Part shown: positions 47,853-57,794 of the stretch, piece by piece | Layout of the letters: each line of letters starts with the position of its first letter | Position numbering within the stretch: the first letter of the stretch is position 1 | IMG/VR virus record: IMGVR_UViG_3300006751_000010 | Location: 1 to 62,673 of that record | Strand: one strand, 5' to 3' | Source of the DNA: a virus | Taxonomy: Duplodnaviria > Caudoviricetes | Length of the DNA: 62,673 nt | Notes under the pieces: model-generated | Told to the model about the DNA's origin: nothing | The model's database searches: none | Seen by the model: only the letters and a program-made list of their open reading frames with translations | Program-made: the position numbers and the translations under genes

Positions 47853-48481
47853 TTTAATATCCTACATTTTCCATCTTCACATAATATTGAAGTTATAATT
47901 TCGTTTACTTTATTATATTTATTTGTCATTATACGTTTTACCGATTCATTCATTGTTCCTGGTTTCATAAATGCACCTTGTGTTGATGGATTTGAAACAA
48001 AGTCCCAACAAATTAATTCGAAATCTTCTTGTACTTCTACCACACCTTCATTCCTTAATTCCTTAACCGATCCCAATCCCCTCGAACTAATACCTAAAAT
48101 TATTCCAGCTTTAAATAAAGATTTTAAAATATTTCCAGATGGAGTATCTAATATTTGTACTGTTCCATTTAAATCATCTCCATTCCACCATACTTTTAAA
48201 ACATTATGTGATACATTATTTAAATTAACTACAGAAGACTCTGGATGGTCTAATTCACCTAAGGCTCTGTGTTGATCTATATATTCTTTTTTATATTTTT
48301 CGCATTCTCTTAGTAAAATATGTTTTGGATAAACTCTACCATTTTGATTTTTGGCTCCGGCTCTTTGTAATACCCCTTGTACAATAAATCCTCCAGGGAC
48401 TCCATATTTAGCTCCATTAGATTCATTTAATGAACCAATTGGTTTAAATTGCATATGGTCCATAATTAATTGTTTTGACAT
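47849..48481 (-). CDS. prohead core protease (gp21-like)
   Basis: NQNGRVYP, ALGELDHP (His), GISSRGLGS (Ser), DFVSNPS. Confidence 0.95.
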   Translation of the reverse strand: MSKQLIMDHMQFKPIGSLNESNGAKYGVPGGFIVQGVLQRAGAKNQNGRVYPKHILLRECEKYKKEYIDQHRALGELDHPESSVVNLNNVSHNVLKVWWNGDDLNGTVQILDTPSGNILKSLFKAGIILGISSRGLGSVKELRNEGVVEVQEDFELICWDFVSNPSTQGAFMKPGTMNESVKRIMTNKYNKVNEIITSILCEDGKCRILK

Positions 48482-48482
48482 A

Positions 48483-49085
48483 TTACTCCCCTATTGCTCT
48501 TACTCGTTCTGCTATTTTAATTAATTTTTCTGAAATTTTATTAAGTGCATTTTCTGTTCTTGGTCCATAATTATCTCTTGACATACCAGACTCTGTTTTT
48601 AATTTATTAGTATGATTAACTAATATTTCAATCTCTTTTAATTTTTTTGAAACTTCTTGAATGGTACGTTTAACTTTATTTTCCGGAGTCATTTTTTTAT
48701 CGCCTCTAGAAAATTGTCGATATGATTCAATTAATCGTTCATATTTACGATCCATTGCTTCATGAACTTTGCTATATCCACCTTGTGTTATAGTATCTTC
48801 ATCAGCAGGTGAAAATGCATGTTTCATTTTAGGTGGGCCAGCGCCTCCATCTAATCCACCTGTTACACTCATCTCGTCGATTTCTTTTAGTTCAAACTCT
48901 TCATGAGTCATTCCTGGATGGTCTCGTTTACAATTATGGTCATCTTTTCCTTCAACATTAACTTCTTTTTCTGGATCATCTATCAACTGTTGGATTTGTG
49001 GATTTGATAAGTCATCTTTAGAAACATTAACTACTTCTTCTAATTCAACAAATTTATCTTCTATTTCTCGTAAAAATGATTTCAT
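48483..49085 (-). CDS. hypothetical head-module protein
   Basis: 200 aa between portal and protease. Confidence 0.6.
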   Translation of the reverse strand: MKSFLREIEDKFVELEEVVNVSKDDLSNPQIQQLIDDPEKEVNVEGKDDHNCKRDHPGMTHEEFELKEIDEMSVTGGLDGGAGPPKMKHAFSPADEDTITQGGYSKVHEAMDRKYERLIESYRQFSRGDKKMTPENKVKRTIQEVSKKLKEIEILVNHTNKLKTESGMSRDNYGPRTENALNKISEKLIKIAERVRAIGE

Positions 49086-49933
49086 GAATGTACCTGTTTT
49101 AATTCGTTAATTAAATCCATATACCGTAATAATGATAAAACATGGGATTCTTTAATTATTTTTTTGTTCTCAACAGAACATAACATTTCAGATAATTTTT
49201 TTATTTTTATTTTAGTAACTTTATCTGTAGTTTTAGTAGAATGTTTTTTTAATTCATTTTTAATTGTTGGAATTATTTTTCCTATATACTGTTTAAATGA
49301 TTGCGTATCATTTACACTTGTAATATATTGTGATAATAATCCTTTTTGTTGTTCTGATAATATACCATATTTTTTATTAAATTTGTCAACTAATAAATTA
49401 TATGATAATAATCTCATATCTTCTGATTGGTTTGAATATGTTTCTAATAATTCATTTTTATTTAAAATAGTTTTATTAGATGGCATTCCATGTTCAGCAA
49501 TTATTGTTTTACAATCCATTATCTGTTTCGGATTTTTTGATTCGGAATGTTCAAAAAGCATATATATCGAAGCTAATATTTTATAATTATTAATACGTGT
49601 TTTAGATATATTTTCAAACACAAAATTTTCAGAAATTTCTTTTACTAAATTATATCGTTGTCGTTTTAAAACACTTTGATTTAATTTTTCGTGTGCTTTT
49701 TTTACTTGACGTATAAAATCTAATGCATACGCTTCTGATTTATATTGTTCTTTTATTAAATTATTATAAAGTTGTAATTCTTTTGCTAATTCGGTATTTT
49801 TACCAAAATATTTTTTGATTATATCAATAGTCAATGACTTATCTGACGTCATCGTTTCTGATGTAAGTTTTCTCACTAATAATTCAAATAGAATACCTGT
49901 ATTTCTATATTTTGAATGTTTTAATTTTTTCAT
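49082..49933 (-). CDS. hypothetical protein (head module)
   Basis: 283 aa starting MKKLKHSKYRNTGILFELL, immediately after portal. Confidence 0.65.
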   Translation of the reverse strand: MKKLKHSKYRNTGILFELLVRKLTSETMTSDKSLTIDIIKKYFGKNTELAKELQLYNNLIKEQYKSEAYALDFIRQVKKAHEKLNQSVLKRQRYNLVKEISENFVFENISKTRINNYKILASIYMLFEHSESKNPKQIMDCKTIIAEHGMPSNKTILNKNELLETYSNQSEDMRLLSYNLLVDKFNKKYGILSEQQKGLLSQYITSVNDTQSFKQYIGKIIPTIKNELKKHSTKTTDKVTKIKIKKLSEMLCSVENKKIIKESHVLSLLRYMDLINELKQVHS

Positions 49934-49971
49934 ATCATACCGATAGTTTATAATAAATATATTTAAAAAAT

Positions 49972-51807
49972 TTATTCTAGTATATTATCCTCATCTAAAA
50001 TTGTTCCGCGGTCATTTTTTTCTTCTGGATTCTTTAAAGATTCTGTAATTATGTTGGGAGTTTTACTATATTTATTTTTTAATGATTTTAATAAATTATT
50101 ATTTTCAGTGGTAAATGACATTTTTCTTTTACGGGATATTGGTTCAAAAGCTGTTTTTTGATTATCTGCATCAAATGCTTGTTTCATTGTTTTTTGTCCT
50201 GTCGAATCCCAACCGAAGGCATTATCATGTTGTCCGTATTTAATACCTTCTTTCGGCCGACCGCCTTCGTCTTTATCTTCGACTTCGTCTGACGACATAT
50301 GTATCGTTGCTAAATCATGGGGGGTACCATATGAGACTCCGGTAAGTGCAGGATCATTTCCTTCTTGTTCTATTTGTGTTTGTCGGAATCTTAATTTAAG
50401 ATCTTCAATAACATTAATTCTTTCTTGTAACCACTGTTCTTCTGACATATTAAATATGTATTCGTAAATGTATTTATCTGAAACTAATTTACTATCTTTC
50501 ATTGTATTAGCTAATGTTATTTTTTCATTCATTAGCGCTACTTTTTGTTGATCATAAATTATAGATGGGGATGTTAATTCTAATTCAAATCCAACTAAAT
50601 CCTCCCCTTCAAATCCTTGTGCATATAAATGAACTATAGCTATTTTAGTTAATTCTGAAACCATTATTTTTTGTAAACGTTCTATTGTCCTAGCAAATCT
50701 AATATCCATTGATGCTAAAGTAGTTTTTCCTTCTACGCCTTCATCAAACCCCAAAAATGGCTTTGGAATTTTCAAAGCAGCCATCATTTTATGTTTAACA
50801 TAATCAATATCTTCTATACCAGTAAATGTCATTCCAGGTAATGTGTCTATAGACGTTGAACTTTGGCCGCCCCTAACAGGTAAATAATAATCTTCCAACA
50901 TATTATTAATATTAAATTTAAGATTATAATTTCCAGTTGCTGCGTCAATATGAGGAATTTTTTTCATTTTATTGATAACTTGTTCCATATATGTATCAAC
51001 TTCATTAGGAGGAATATTACCAATATCAATTTTAAAAATACGTTTTTCAGGAGCTCTCATTATACGATGAATTAACATTGCATCTTCAAGCATCATTAAT
51101 TTTTGAAATTCTTTTCGGGCTCCTTCTAACATACTTCTACCATATGGTAAAAAATTAGAATCAGATATCATACGAAAATGTGCCATTTCATATACATCAT
51201 ATCCAGCATGTGGACTAGAAGCATGGCGGAATTTTATATTATATTCGCCAGTTTCTTCATTATATTCTTCTGTACGTTCTACTTCATAACTCGAAAATGG
51301 CCGGGCGTTAACAATACCTAATTCTTCTGTTATATCTAATTTTAAAAAGAAATCTCCATATTTAGCCATATTTCTAATCCATGGCCACATATTGAATTCT
51401 ACATTTAAAACATCATTAAATAAATTTTGGAGAATTTTTTGAATATTTGTTTTATTAGTTTTAATAGATAATACTTCTCCAAATTGATTAGCTAATGTTG
51501 ATTCATCTGAATATATATCTAAAGCAGAGCTAATTATTGGATCTTTATCCATCATTTCATAATCAACATATAATTGTACACGATTTTGATTTGCATAATA
51601 ATTTGAATCATAACCTCCATGGCCACCGGTTTTCCACCTATTTGAGCCATGTAATCTTGTATATCTGTCTGCTATTTTTGTTTGACTTATATTTCCTGAA
51701 GATTGTAATCTATTTGTATCAACAATCCGTACTTTATTTTTACCGTATGCTCGTACGATAACATTAGTACTAAATAAATTTCGTAAACGTTTTCTTAGTG
51801 ACGCCAT
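49972..51807 (-). CDS. portal protein (gp20-like)
   Basis: PYGRSMLE, EDAMLIHRIMRAPEKRIFKIDIGN, EDYYLPVRG, IDTLPG, ALKIPK. Confidence 0.95.
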   Translation of the reverse strand: MASLRKRLRNLFSTNVIVRAYGKNKVRIVDTNRLQSSGNISQTKIADRYTRLHGSNRWKTGGHGGYDSNYYANQNRVQLYVDYEMMDKDPIISSALDIYSDESTLANQFGEVLSIKTNKTNIQKILQNLFNDVLNVEFNMWPWIRNMAKYGDFFLKLDITEELGIVNARPFSSYEVERTEEYNEETGEYNIKFRHASSPHAGYDVYEMAHFRMISDSNFLPYGRSMLEGARKEFQKLMMLEDAMLIHRIMRAPEKRIFKIDIGNIPPNEVDTYMEQVINKMKKIPHIDAATGNYNLKFNINNMLEDYYLPVRGGQSSTSIDTLPGMTFTGIEDIDYVKHKMMAALKIPKPFLGFDEGVEGKTTLASMDIRFARTIERLQKIMVSELTKIAIVHLYAQGFEGEDLVGFELELTSPSIIYDQQKVALMNEKITLANTMKDSKLVSDKYIYEYIFNMSEEQWLQERINVIEDLKLRFRQTQIEQEGNDPALTGVSYGTPHDLATIHMSSDEVEDKDEGGRPKEGIKYGQHDNAFGWDSTGQKTMKQAFDADNQKTAFEPISRKRKMSFTTENNNLLKSLKNKYSKTPNIITESLKNPEEKNDRGTILDEDNILE

Positions 51808-51842
51808 TATAATATGTTTATTTTTTTAATAAATATAACTAA

Positions 51843-53426
51843 CTACAGAAGCCAGGTTAAATTTTCATCATCTGTTCCATTATTCCATTTCCAACCTGTA
51901 TTGTCTGCATTTGGTTTTCCTGTATATATAACTGAATCTGATTTTTGCAAACGTGTAATCGCTCGTTTATTTAAATCAATTCCTTGTTGTCTTAATTTTA
52001 ATGATGTATCCCGTAACCAAAGGCCTATTGCAAAACTCATTACTAAATCATCATTATATCCAATTTGTGCTTGAGCTTTGCCATTTAACCAAACAAACAC
52101 AAATAATTCTTGTATTAATCTTTTACTGCGTATTAATGGAGTTTTCTCTCTCATATACATTTCTAAGGCAGATATCATTAATGGTCTTGTTCTGCTAGTA
52201 GTAGAAACTCCAGGTACCATTTTTGTTTTATCTTTTATATCATACCCTTTCTTAAGATGTACCTCTAAATCTACATATCCATCATCTTTATATGTGTAAA
52301 ATAAATTTTCATAATTTCTATCTAATGCTGGTTGAATTGCTGCCCATCCGATATTTGCATTTTCAATTGCTAATAATGCATTATTCCATTCTGTTGCAAC
52401 AGAAACAAGCATATTTCCAAAATCTTTTGGTGGGAGTTTTCCTTTGTATTCAGCAACTTGTTTTATAGATTCAATTTCTATAACATGGAATGTAGACCAA
52501 TCAGCTCCATCTCCCCGGGCAACGTCTGCTACCACTACATAGTCTTGACTATAATCCGGATATTCCCATATCCAATAAGCATTGTCATACCCTCTTTTTT
52601 CAACAGGTTCGATACATTTATTTTCATATTCTTGTAAACATTTACCTTCTACAACAGTATGTCCGGAGGAAACAAAATCACAATCACATTCCTGTGCTGC
52701 CCCCCTTTCTCCTAATAATTGAGTTTGTCTTCTCCTCCATTCTTCATCTCTTTCTGGATGTACTGTCCAATGTAATTTTATATTATACCATTCTGTATTT
52801 GGATTAGTTTCTCCATCAACCCATGTTTTATGAAACCAATTTCCTATACCATTTGGGGTAGAAAGTACAATAGCCGATCCACCAGTTGATAATGTTGCTT
52901 GCGATGCTATCCATATTTCTTCTACATTACGAATAAAAGCTGCTTCATCAACAATTAATAATGATAAGGCTTCTGAACGAGCTCCTGTTGTTGCGGAAGA
53001 AACTGCTTTTATTTGTGATCCATTTCTGAATTTTAATGATAATTTATTGTCTGCTTCTATATTACCTTTTAGCCAACTCGGTAAATTGTCATGCATAATT
53101 CTAACTTTAGTCACTAAATTTTTAGCTACTTCTTGTGTAGTTGCAATTACCAATGTATTGAAATCTTCTTTAAATAACATACACCATAAAGCATAGCCGG
53201 CTGTAAGTGTTGAAATACCTAATTGTCTAGATTTTAAAATTACATTATAACGATTCTCTTTTAATTCAGATAAAGATGTTTCTTGAAAATTATATAAATT
53301 AAATTTTATTTTACCTCTTTTTGGGTGTTGTATATAACAATATTGTCTCATGAAAAATATAGGATCTGCAGCACATGTAGTGTACTGTTGTCGTATTAGA
53401 TCTTTTATATTTGGTTTATTAGACAT
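51843..53426 (-). CDS. terminase large subunit (gp17-like)
   Basis: LKSRQLGIST, IVDEAAF, STPNG, ADVARGDG.D.S, DDLVM. Confidence 0.96.
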   Translation of the reverse strand: MSNKPNIKDLIRQQYTTCAADPIFFMRQYCYIQHPKRGKIKFNLYNFQETSLSELKENRYNVILKSRQLGISTLTAGYALWCMLFKEDFNTLVIATTQEVAKNLVTKVRIMHDNLPSWLKGNIEADNKLSLKFRNGSQIKAVSSATTGARSEALSLLIVDEAAFIRNVEEIWIASQATLSTGGSAIVLSTPNGIGNWFHKTWVDGETNPNTEWYNIKLHWTVHPERDEEWRRRQTQLLGERGAAQECDCDFVSSGHTVVEGKCLQEYENKCIEPVEKRGYDNAYWIWEYPDYSQDYVVVADVARGDGADWSTFHVIEIESIKQVAEYKGKLPPKDFGNMLVSVATEWNNALLAIENANIGWAAIQPALDRNYENLFYTYKDDGYVDLEVHLKKGYDIKDKTKMVPGVSTTSRTRPLMISALEMYMREKTPLIRSKRLIQELFVFVWLNGKAQAQIGYNDDLVMSFAIGLWLRDTSLKLRQQGIDLNKRAITRLQKSDSVIYTGKPNADNTGWKWNNGTDDENLTWLL

Positions 53427-53807
53427 CTATTTTATAGCTTGTATGATAAATATACTAGTTACGGTTGTTGTTAATATTCCACCACTAAACCATAATAATT
53501 TACTATCATACCATTTTGGTTGCAGTCTTTTTTGACGTTCGACATATAAATTTATATTATTTTTTAATAATGTAATTTGTTGTTCTTTATATTCATGTTG
53601 TAATGAATCTAATTTAATTAAATGCTCTAAATCTTGAATTAATGATGATTGTTGTGATATTAATTGATTGTTAATTGAGTCTGTATAATGTAATGAATCT
53701 AACGTTTCAGAAATATCATGAATTTGTTCTTGAGTAAAACATGTATCTACTTGTGCAAATGAATAATTGCATATAATAAAAAATAATACGTAAATCAACC
53801 ATTTCAT
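53427..53807 (-). CDS. secreted/membrane coiled-coil protein (spanin-like candidate)
   Basis: Signal peptide ending SFA-Q, coiled coil, C-terminal TM segment. Confidence 0.4.
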   Translation of the reverse strand: MKWLIYVLFFIICNYSFAQVDTCFTQEQIHDISETLDSLHYTDSINNQLISQQSSLIQDLEHLIKLDSLQHEYKEQQITLLKNNINLYVERQKRLQPKWYDSKLLWFSGGILTTTVTSIFIIQAIK

Positions 53808-54154
53808 TTTTTCTTTGTTTTAGATATAATATTTTTCTTTGCAGTTGCAGTGGACTTTTTCTTTGGCGGATGTTTTGCTGCTGGTTTTTTTAATTTTGAT
53901 GATTTTGTTTTTTGAATTTGTTTCTTTTTAGCAACAATTTTCTTTTTAACTTCAGTTTTTTGGTCTTCTACTTGTTCAACTTTTCCTTGCAATTTTTCTA
54001 CAGCTTTTTCATTTTCATTGATCTTTTTATCAATTTTTTTAACTGCTTTTCTTTTACGAATATTACCTAAAGTAATTATACTCAATACGAGTACAATAAT
54101 ACCTACTAGTATTTTCCAAGATTTTTTAAGAATCTTTGTTATTATTTTTATCAT
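53804..54154 (-). CDS. membrane-anchored coiled-coil protein (i-spanin-like candidate)
   Basis: N-terminal TM (WKILVGIIVLVLSIITLG) followed by a Lys-rich coiled coil. Confidence 0.4.
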   Translation of the reverse strand: MIKIITKILKKSWKILVGIIVLVLSIITLGNIRKRKAVKKIDKKINENEKAVEKLQGKVEQVEDQKTEVKKKIVAKKKQIQKTKSSKLKKPAAKHPPKKKSTATAKKNIISKTKKK

Positions 54155-54809
54155 TTTGTATTTCTTTTAATTTATTATATGAAATTTTTTCCACATTGGA
54201 AAGTTTTTCTTCAATATTTTTTAAAAATTTATCTTTAAACTCATCAAATTGTTTTTGTACCGTTTCTTCAAATTCTTCTACAGACATTTTTGAATGCCAT
54301 GTTTCTACATCTCCTTGTGAATTTTGTACGAATTTAGCACTTTGAGTATATGCTTCTTTTAATATTTTTATATCATCTTCTGCTCTTTTTAACCACGCTT
54401 CTGCATTATTTCGAATTCTATTTCGTTCATATTCTTCAAATTTACCTTCCTTTCTTAATTCATGTTCCATTTGTATTACACAATCAAAGCACATTCCATG
54501 TATTTTTTGCATTTTTTTATCTAGATGGGTTGGAACTTCGCATTTACAATCTTTGCGGCAATTAGGAAATGAATTTAAATATGATTGAATATCCTCTCTT
54601 ATAGAATTTTTTGGTTTTTTTACCCGGAAGCCTTTTTTTTGTTCTATAGTATATAATGTGCCATTGATAGTTTCTTCCCATTTTTCCCCAACTTTTCGAA
54701 TTTGATGTTTTTTTCCAGTATATAATCCTACTGAATTTTTTGTTTGAGTACGATGGGTACCTTCTATCATTTGTTTGATAGCTTTAATGTTTTGTAACTT
54801 TTTTGCCAT
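54126..54809 (-). CDS. hypothetical protein with Cys cluster
   Basis: CRKDCKC...HGMCFDC. Position upstream of terL; function unknown. Confidence 0.55.
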   Translation of the reverse strand: MAKKLQNIKAIKQMIEGTHRTQTKNSVGLYTGKKHQIRKVGEKWEETINGTLYTIEQKKGFRVKKPKNSIREDIQSYLNSFPNCRKDCKCEVPTHLDKKMQKIHGMCFDCVIQMEHELRKEGKFEEYERNRIRNNAEAWLKRAEDDIKILKEAYTQSAKFVQNSQGDVETWHSKMSVEEFEETVQKQFDEFKDKFLKNIEEKLSNVEKISYNKLKEIQNDKNNNKDS

Positions 54810-54813
54810 GGTT

Positions 54814-55704
54814 TTAGTTTTCTTTATTTTTTTTATTTAATCTTCTTGTTTTAAATAAACTACGAACTAACATTTTTATAGCCATTTTCCAATCATTTGG
54901 ATCGGCTTCTTCATATGCCATTGAAAATGCTTTAGATATAAATTGAACTTTATTTCTAACTCCTACTTTATCTTTGATAAATTGAGCCGTTTTTTCTTCT
55001 GGTGTTTTGATTATAGGCTCTGATGCAGTTTTTGTTGGTATTTCAGTTGCCGGTAATGTGGGTAGAGTTTCTGCTGCTGGTGTTGGAGCAACTGGTGCTA
55101 TGGCGGCATCTGTTGGTGCCGGATCAACTGTTGGTGCCGGATCAACTGTTGGTGCAGTATCATCTGTTGGTGCAGTATCATCTGTTGGTGCCGTATCATC
55201 TGTTGGTGCCGTATCTAAGTCGGCTTCATCCTCTGCTGCAGTTTTGATAGCACCTTCTTCTTCTTCTTCTGCTTCTTTTATTTTTTGTTCTGATATAAGT
55301 TTTTTTAGTTTTCTACGAACATACTCTCGAACTAATCTTTCTTTTTGCTCTCTTGTAAGATTTTCTATTTTATCTTTTATTTCTTGTTTACTATCCTTTT
55401 CGTCTGCATCTTGAAGTTTAGCTCTTTCTTTTGCAGTATGTTTAGGATCATGATCGCCTTCTACTTTATAATATTTCGCAACGTGTTTATCTTTTGGAAC
55501 CATATTATCTACATCATCAATAACTAATTTATCTGTTTTACGTAATACATTTGTTTGAGGTTTTCCAACAGAATTAGGATTCATCCCTCCATCTTTATCG
55601 TCAGCAGTATAATCTTTAAGATCTTTCCTCGCTTCTTGTTTTTGAGATTTCTTAAAATCTTTTGGTTCTTTATATTTACTTTTATGTTTTTCTGCTCTAG
55701 CCAT
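54814..55704 (-). CDS. hypothetical low-complexity protein with (D/V)D(T/P)APT repeats
   Basis: 296 aa; SD AGGA and late motif upstream. Confidence 0.6.
   Translation of the reverse strand: MARAEKHKSKYKEPKDFKKSQKQEARKDLKDYTADDKDGGMNPNSVGKPQTNVLRKTDKLVIDDVDNMVPKDKHVAKYYKVEGDHDPKHTAKERAKLQDADEKDSKQEIKDKIENLTREQKERLVREYVRRKLKKLISEQKIKEAEEEEEGAIKTAAEDEADLDTAPTDDTAPTDDTAPTDDTAPTVDPAPTVDPAPTDAAIAPVAPTPAAETLPTLPATEIPTKTASEPIIKTPEEKTAQFIKDKVGVRNKVQFISKAFSMAYEEADPNDWKMAIKMLVRSLFKTRRLNKKNKEN
55107..55215. repeat. 18-bp coding tandem repeat, about 6 copies
   Basis: Unit approx. catctgttggtgc(c/a)g(t/g)at, encoding TAPTDD/PAPTVD. Confidence 0.9.
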
Positions 55705-55733
55705 TAGTTATTCCTATATATTTTATATAAATA

Positions 55734-57782
55734 TTATCGTGCATACTTTAACGCTCCTACTACTTGATTTATAGGTGCAAATGCTCCTGTTAATTTATAT
55801 GTTTTACCTTTGAATACAAATACAATTCCTTCTGTCGGAACTATTGCATCTACTCCACCAAGTTTTTCTATTTTTTTTAATTGATGTTCTAATTTATTAA
55901 GTGCGTCAATGTTATCTGCTGTTTGTAATTGTTCTATTGTTGAAGAAAAATCTTGTTTTAAATCTTGAACAGCTTTATCAGGATTAGCTGATAAAAAGTT
56001 TTGTGCATTTTTTAAAACTACTACACCTAATCTTAAAAATATACTTTCAAATGGTTCCATATTTTGTTTTTGATATGTCTTGAAATCATTTTTATCAAAA
56101 TTATTTACCCAGGCTGAAAATTCTTCAGATTCAATATTTTTTAAAATATTTGTTATTCTAGGTGATTTAACATTAAAAGCCCAACGATATACTAAATTAT
56201 TTAAAATATCATCTGTAATATTATATTGCATTGTGGTTGCTTGTTTTTCTATAACTTCTGCCCACCAGGCTTTATGATATTCTGTTACTAAGTCTGTTTC
56301 TTTTAATCCATAATGATTTCTTAATTGATCTATTTCATTAAAGAAAGCTTCTTGTTGATCTTCAAAATCTGTTATTCGTCCTAATTTAATTTGATGTGGA
56401 GGAATAAAAGAAAATGTTTTTTGTAAATGTGCATTAGCTTCTTGAACAACACTTTGTATGAGTTTACCGCCACTCATATCTGTTAATATTGCTTGTCCTG
56501 TTTCTAAATCAAATTCTACTAGATTATGAAATTGTAATACTGCTATTTCATATGTTATAGTATTTTTTGTTTCTGGGTATATAATTTCCATGTTAGCAAA
56601 TACTTTACCATTTTTAAAAATACCGTTTAATTTTTTTTGATCAACACGACTAAATGCTTCTGCTAAATCTTCTGCAGATAATCCGAATGCTCTTGATACT
56701 GCTCCCCGACCGGCAAATTTATCTTGTATAACTTGTACTGACATCGGATTTTTAATTGTTCGTACGCCTCTTGCAAATCCAATCTGTCCGGCTTTAAAGG
56801 TTACGAATATGTTTTGTCCATCAGTTTTTTCGGTTACTGCTTCTTCAATATCTAATCTACCTTGCAATGCTCTAGACACCATTTCCTTCATATTATTAAA
56901 AGTTAATGAATGATCATCATATGGATGATTCATATGGCCTCCTGCGCCTCCTTCAGTTATTAATTGTTTTGATTCATTAATTTTTTTATTATTATATGTA
57001 GTTTTTGCATTAGCTCCAAAAATTGTTTTTTCAAAATCTTTAAAATCATATACAAATTCTCTTCCGTGATTCTTATCTAAAAATGCTCGAAGCTTATCTA
57101 GTTTCTTTTTGTGTTTTTTAGCTCCTTCATGCCCCATCGATCCTTCTAATATTTTATGAAATTCCGGTTGTAAATTTTTTATCCACCATTCTTTGGTTAG
57201 AACTGGTTTATTAGTTAATATTTCCCATGCATTGCTTATGATAGCTTCTAGTTGTTTTGGATATGATGCTTTAAATATACTATAATCATCATTGGCTAAT
57301 GATTGTCTTACAGTTGAAGCACTTATTGGTTGTCCATTTTCGTATGCTAATGGATCTACATCTAAATTTAATTCTATAGCATCTACACCTTTGGCAATCA
57401 TTCTACCTTCTTTATCTCCGGTGATTTTATACATATCTACATTTGGTACAAATGTTTTGGTTCTAACATAATCATCTCCTTTTGTAGAAGCTGCCATGGC
57501 ATATCTACCTATCCATTGTTCTGGCAATTCAAATAAAAATTCATATGCTGCTTTGATAGGAGAATTAAATTCTGTGGGCCGTATTTCTATGTTAGGATTT
57601 TTATTTAATAGATTAAATAGCTCTATAGTTTTCTCTCTGGTGATGCCGGCTCTTGGTTTTGGGCTGCATAACATGATAACACGATCTACTTCTGGATGTG
57701 CTGCGTATCGATTGGCTAACTCTAAATGAGCTCCGGTTATTGGTTTGAATCCTCCTGGAAATAATACTGTTATGTCTTTCAT
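55734..57782 (-). CDS. fusion of a HIGH-family nucleotidyltransferase and an ATP-dependent ligase-like nucleotidyltransferase
   Basis: N-terminal FPGGFKPITGAH and ISASTVR; C-terminal TEKTDGQN (KxDG), NMEII, EGIVF, YKLTG. Confidence 0.65.
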   Translation of the reverse strand: MKDITVLFPGGFKPITGAHLELANRYAAHPEVDRVIMLCSPKPRAGITREKTIELFNLLNKNPNIEIRPTEFNSPIKAAYEFLFELPEQWIGRYAMAASTKGDDYVRTKTFVPNVDMYKITGDKEGRMIAKGVDAIELNLDVDPLAYENGQPISASTVRQSLANDDYSIFKASYPKQLEAIISNAWEILTNKPVLTKEWWIKNLQPEFHKILEGSMGHEGAKKHKKKLDKLRAFLDKNHGREFVYDFKDFEKTIFGANAKTTYNNKKINESKQLITEGGAGGHMNHPYDDHSLTFNNMKEMVSRALQGRLDIEEAVTEKTDGQNIFVTFKAGQIGFARGVRTIKNPMSVQVIQDKFAGRGAVSRAFGLSAEDLAEAFSRVDQKKLNGIFKNGKVFANMEIIYPETKNTITYEIAVLQFHNLVEFDLETGQAILTDMSGGKLIQSVVQEANAHLQKTFSFIPPHQIKLGRITDFEDQQEAFFNEIDQLRNHYGLKETDLVTEYHKAWWAEVIEKQATTMQYNITDDILNNLVYRWAFNVKSPRITNILKNIESEEFSAWVNNFDKNDFKTYQKQNMEPFESIFLRLGVVVLKNAQNFLSANPDKAVQDLKQDFSSTIEQLQTADNIDALNKLEHQLKKIEKLGGVDAIVPTEGIVFVFKGKTYKLTGAFAPINQVVGALKYAR

Positions 57783-57794
57783 TTTATATAAATA

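Noticed and set aside
55107-55215. Repeat as a CRISPR array
   Set aside because: Contiguous 18-bp in-frame units without spacers.
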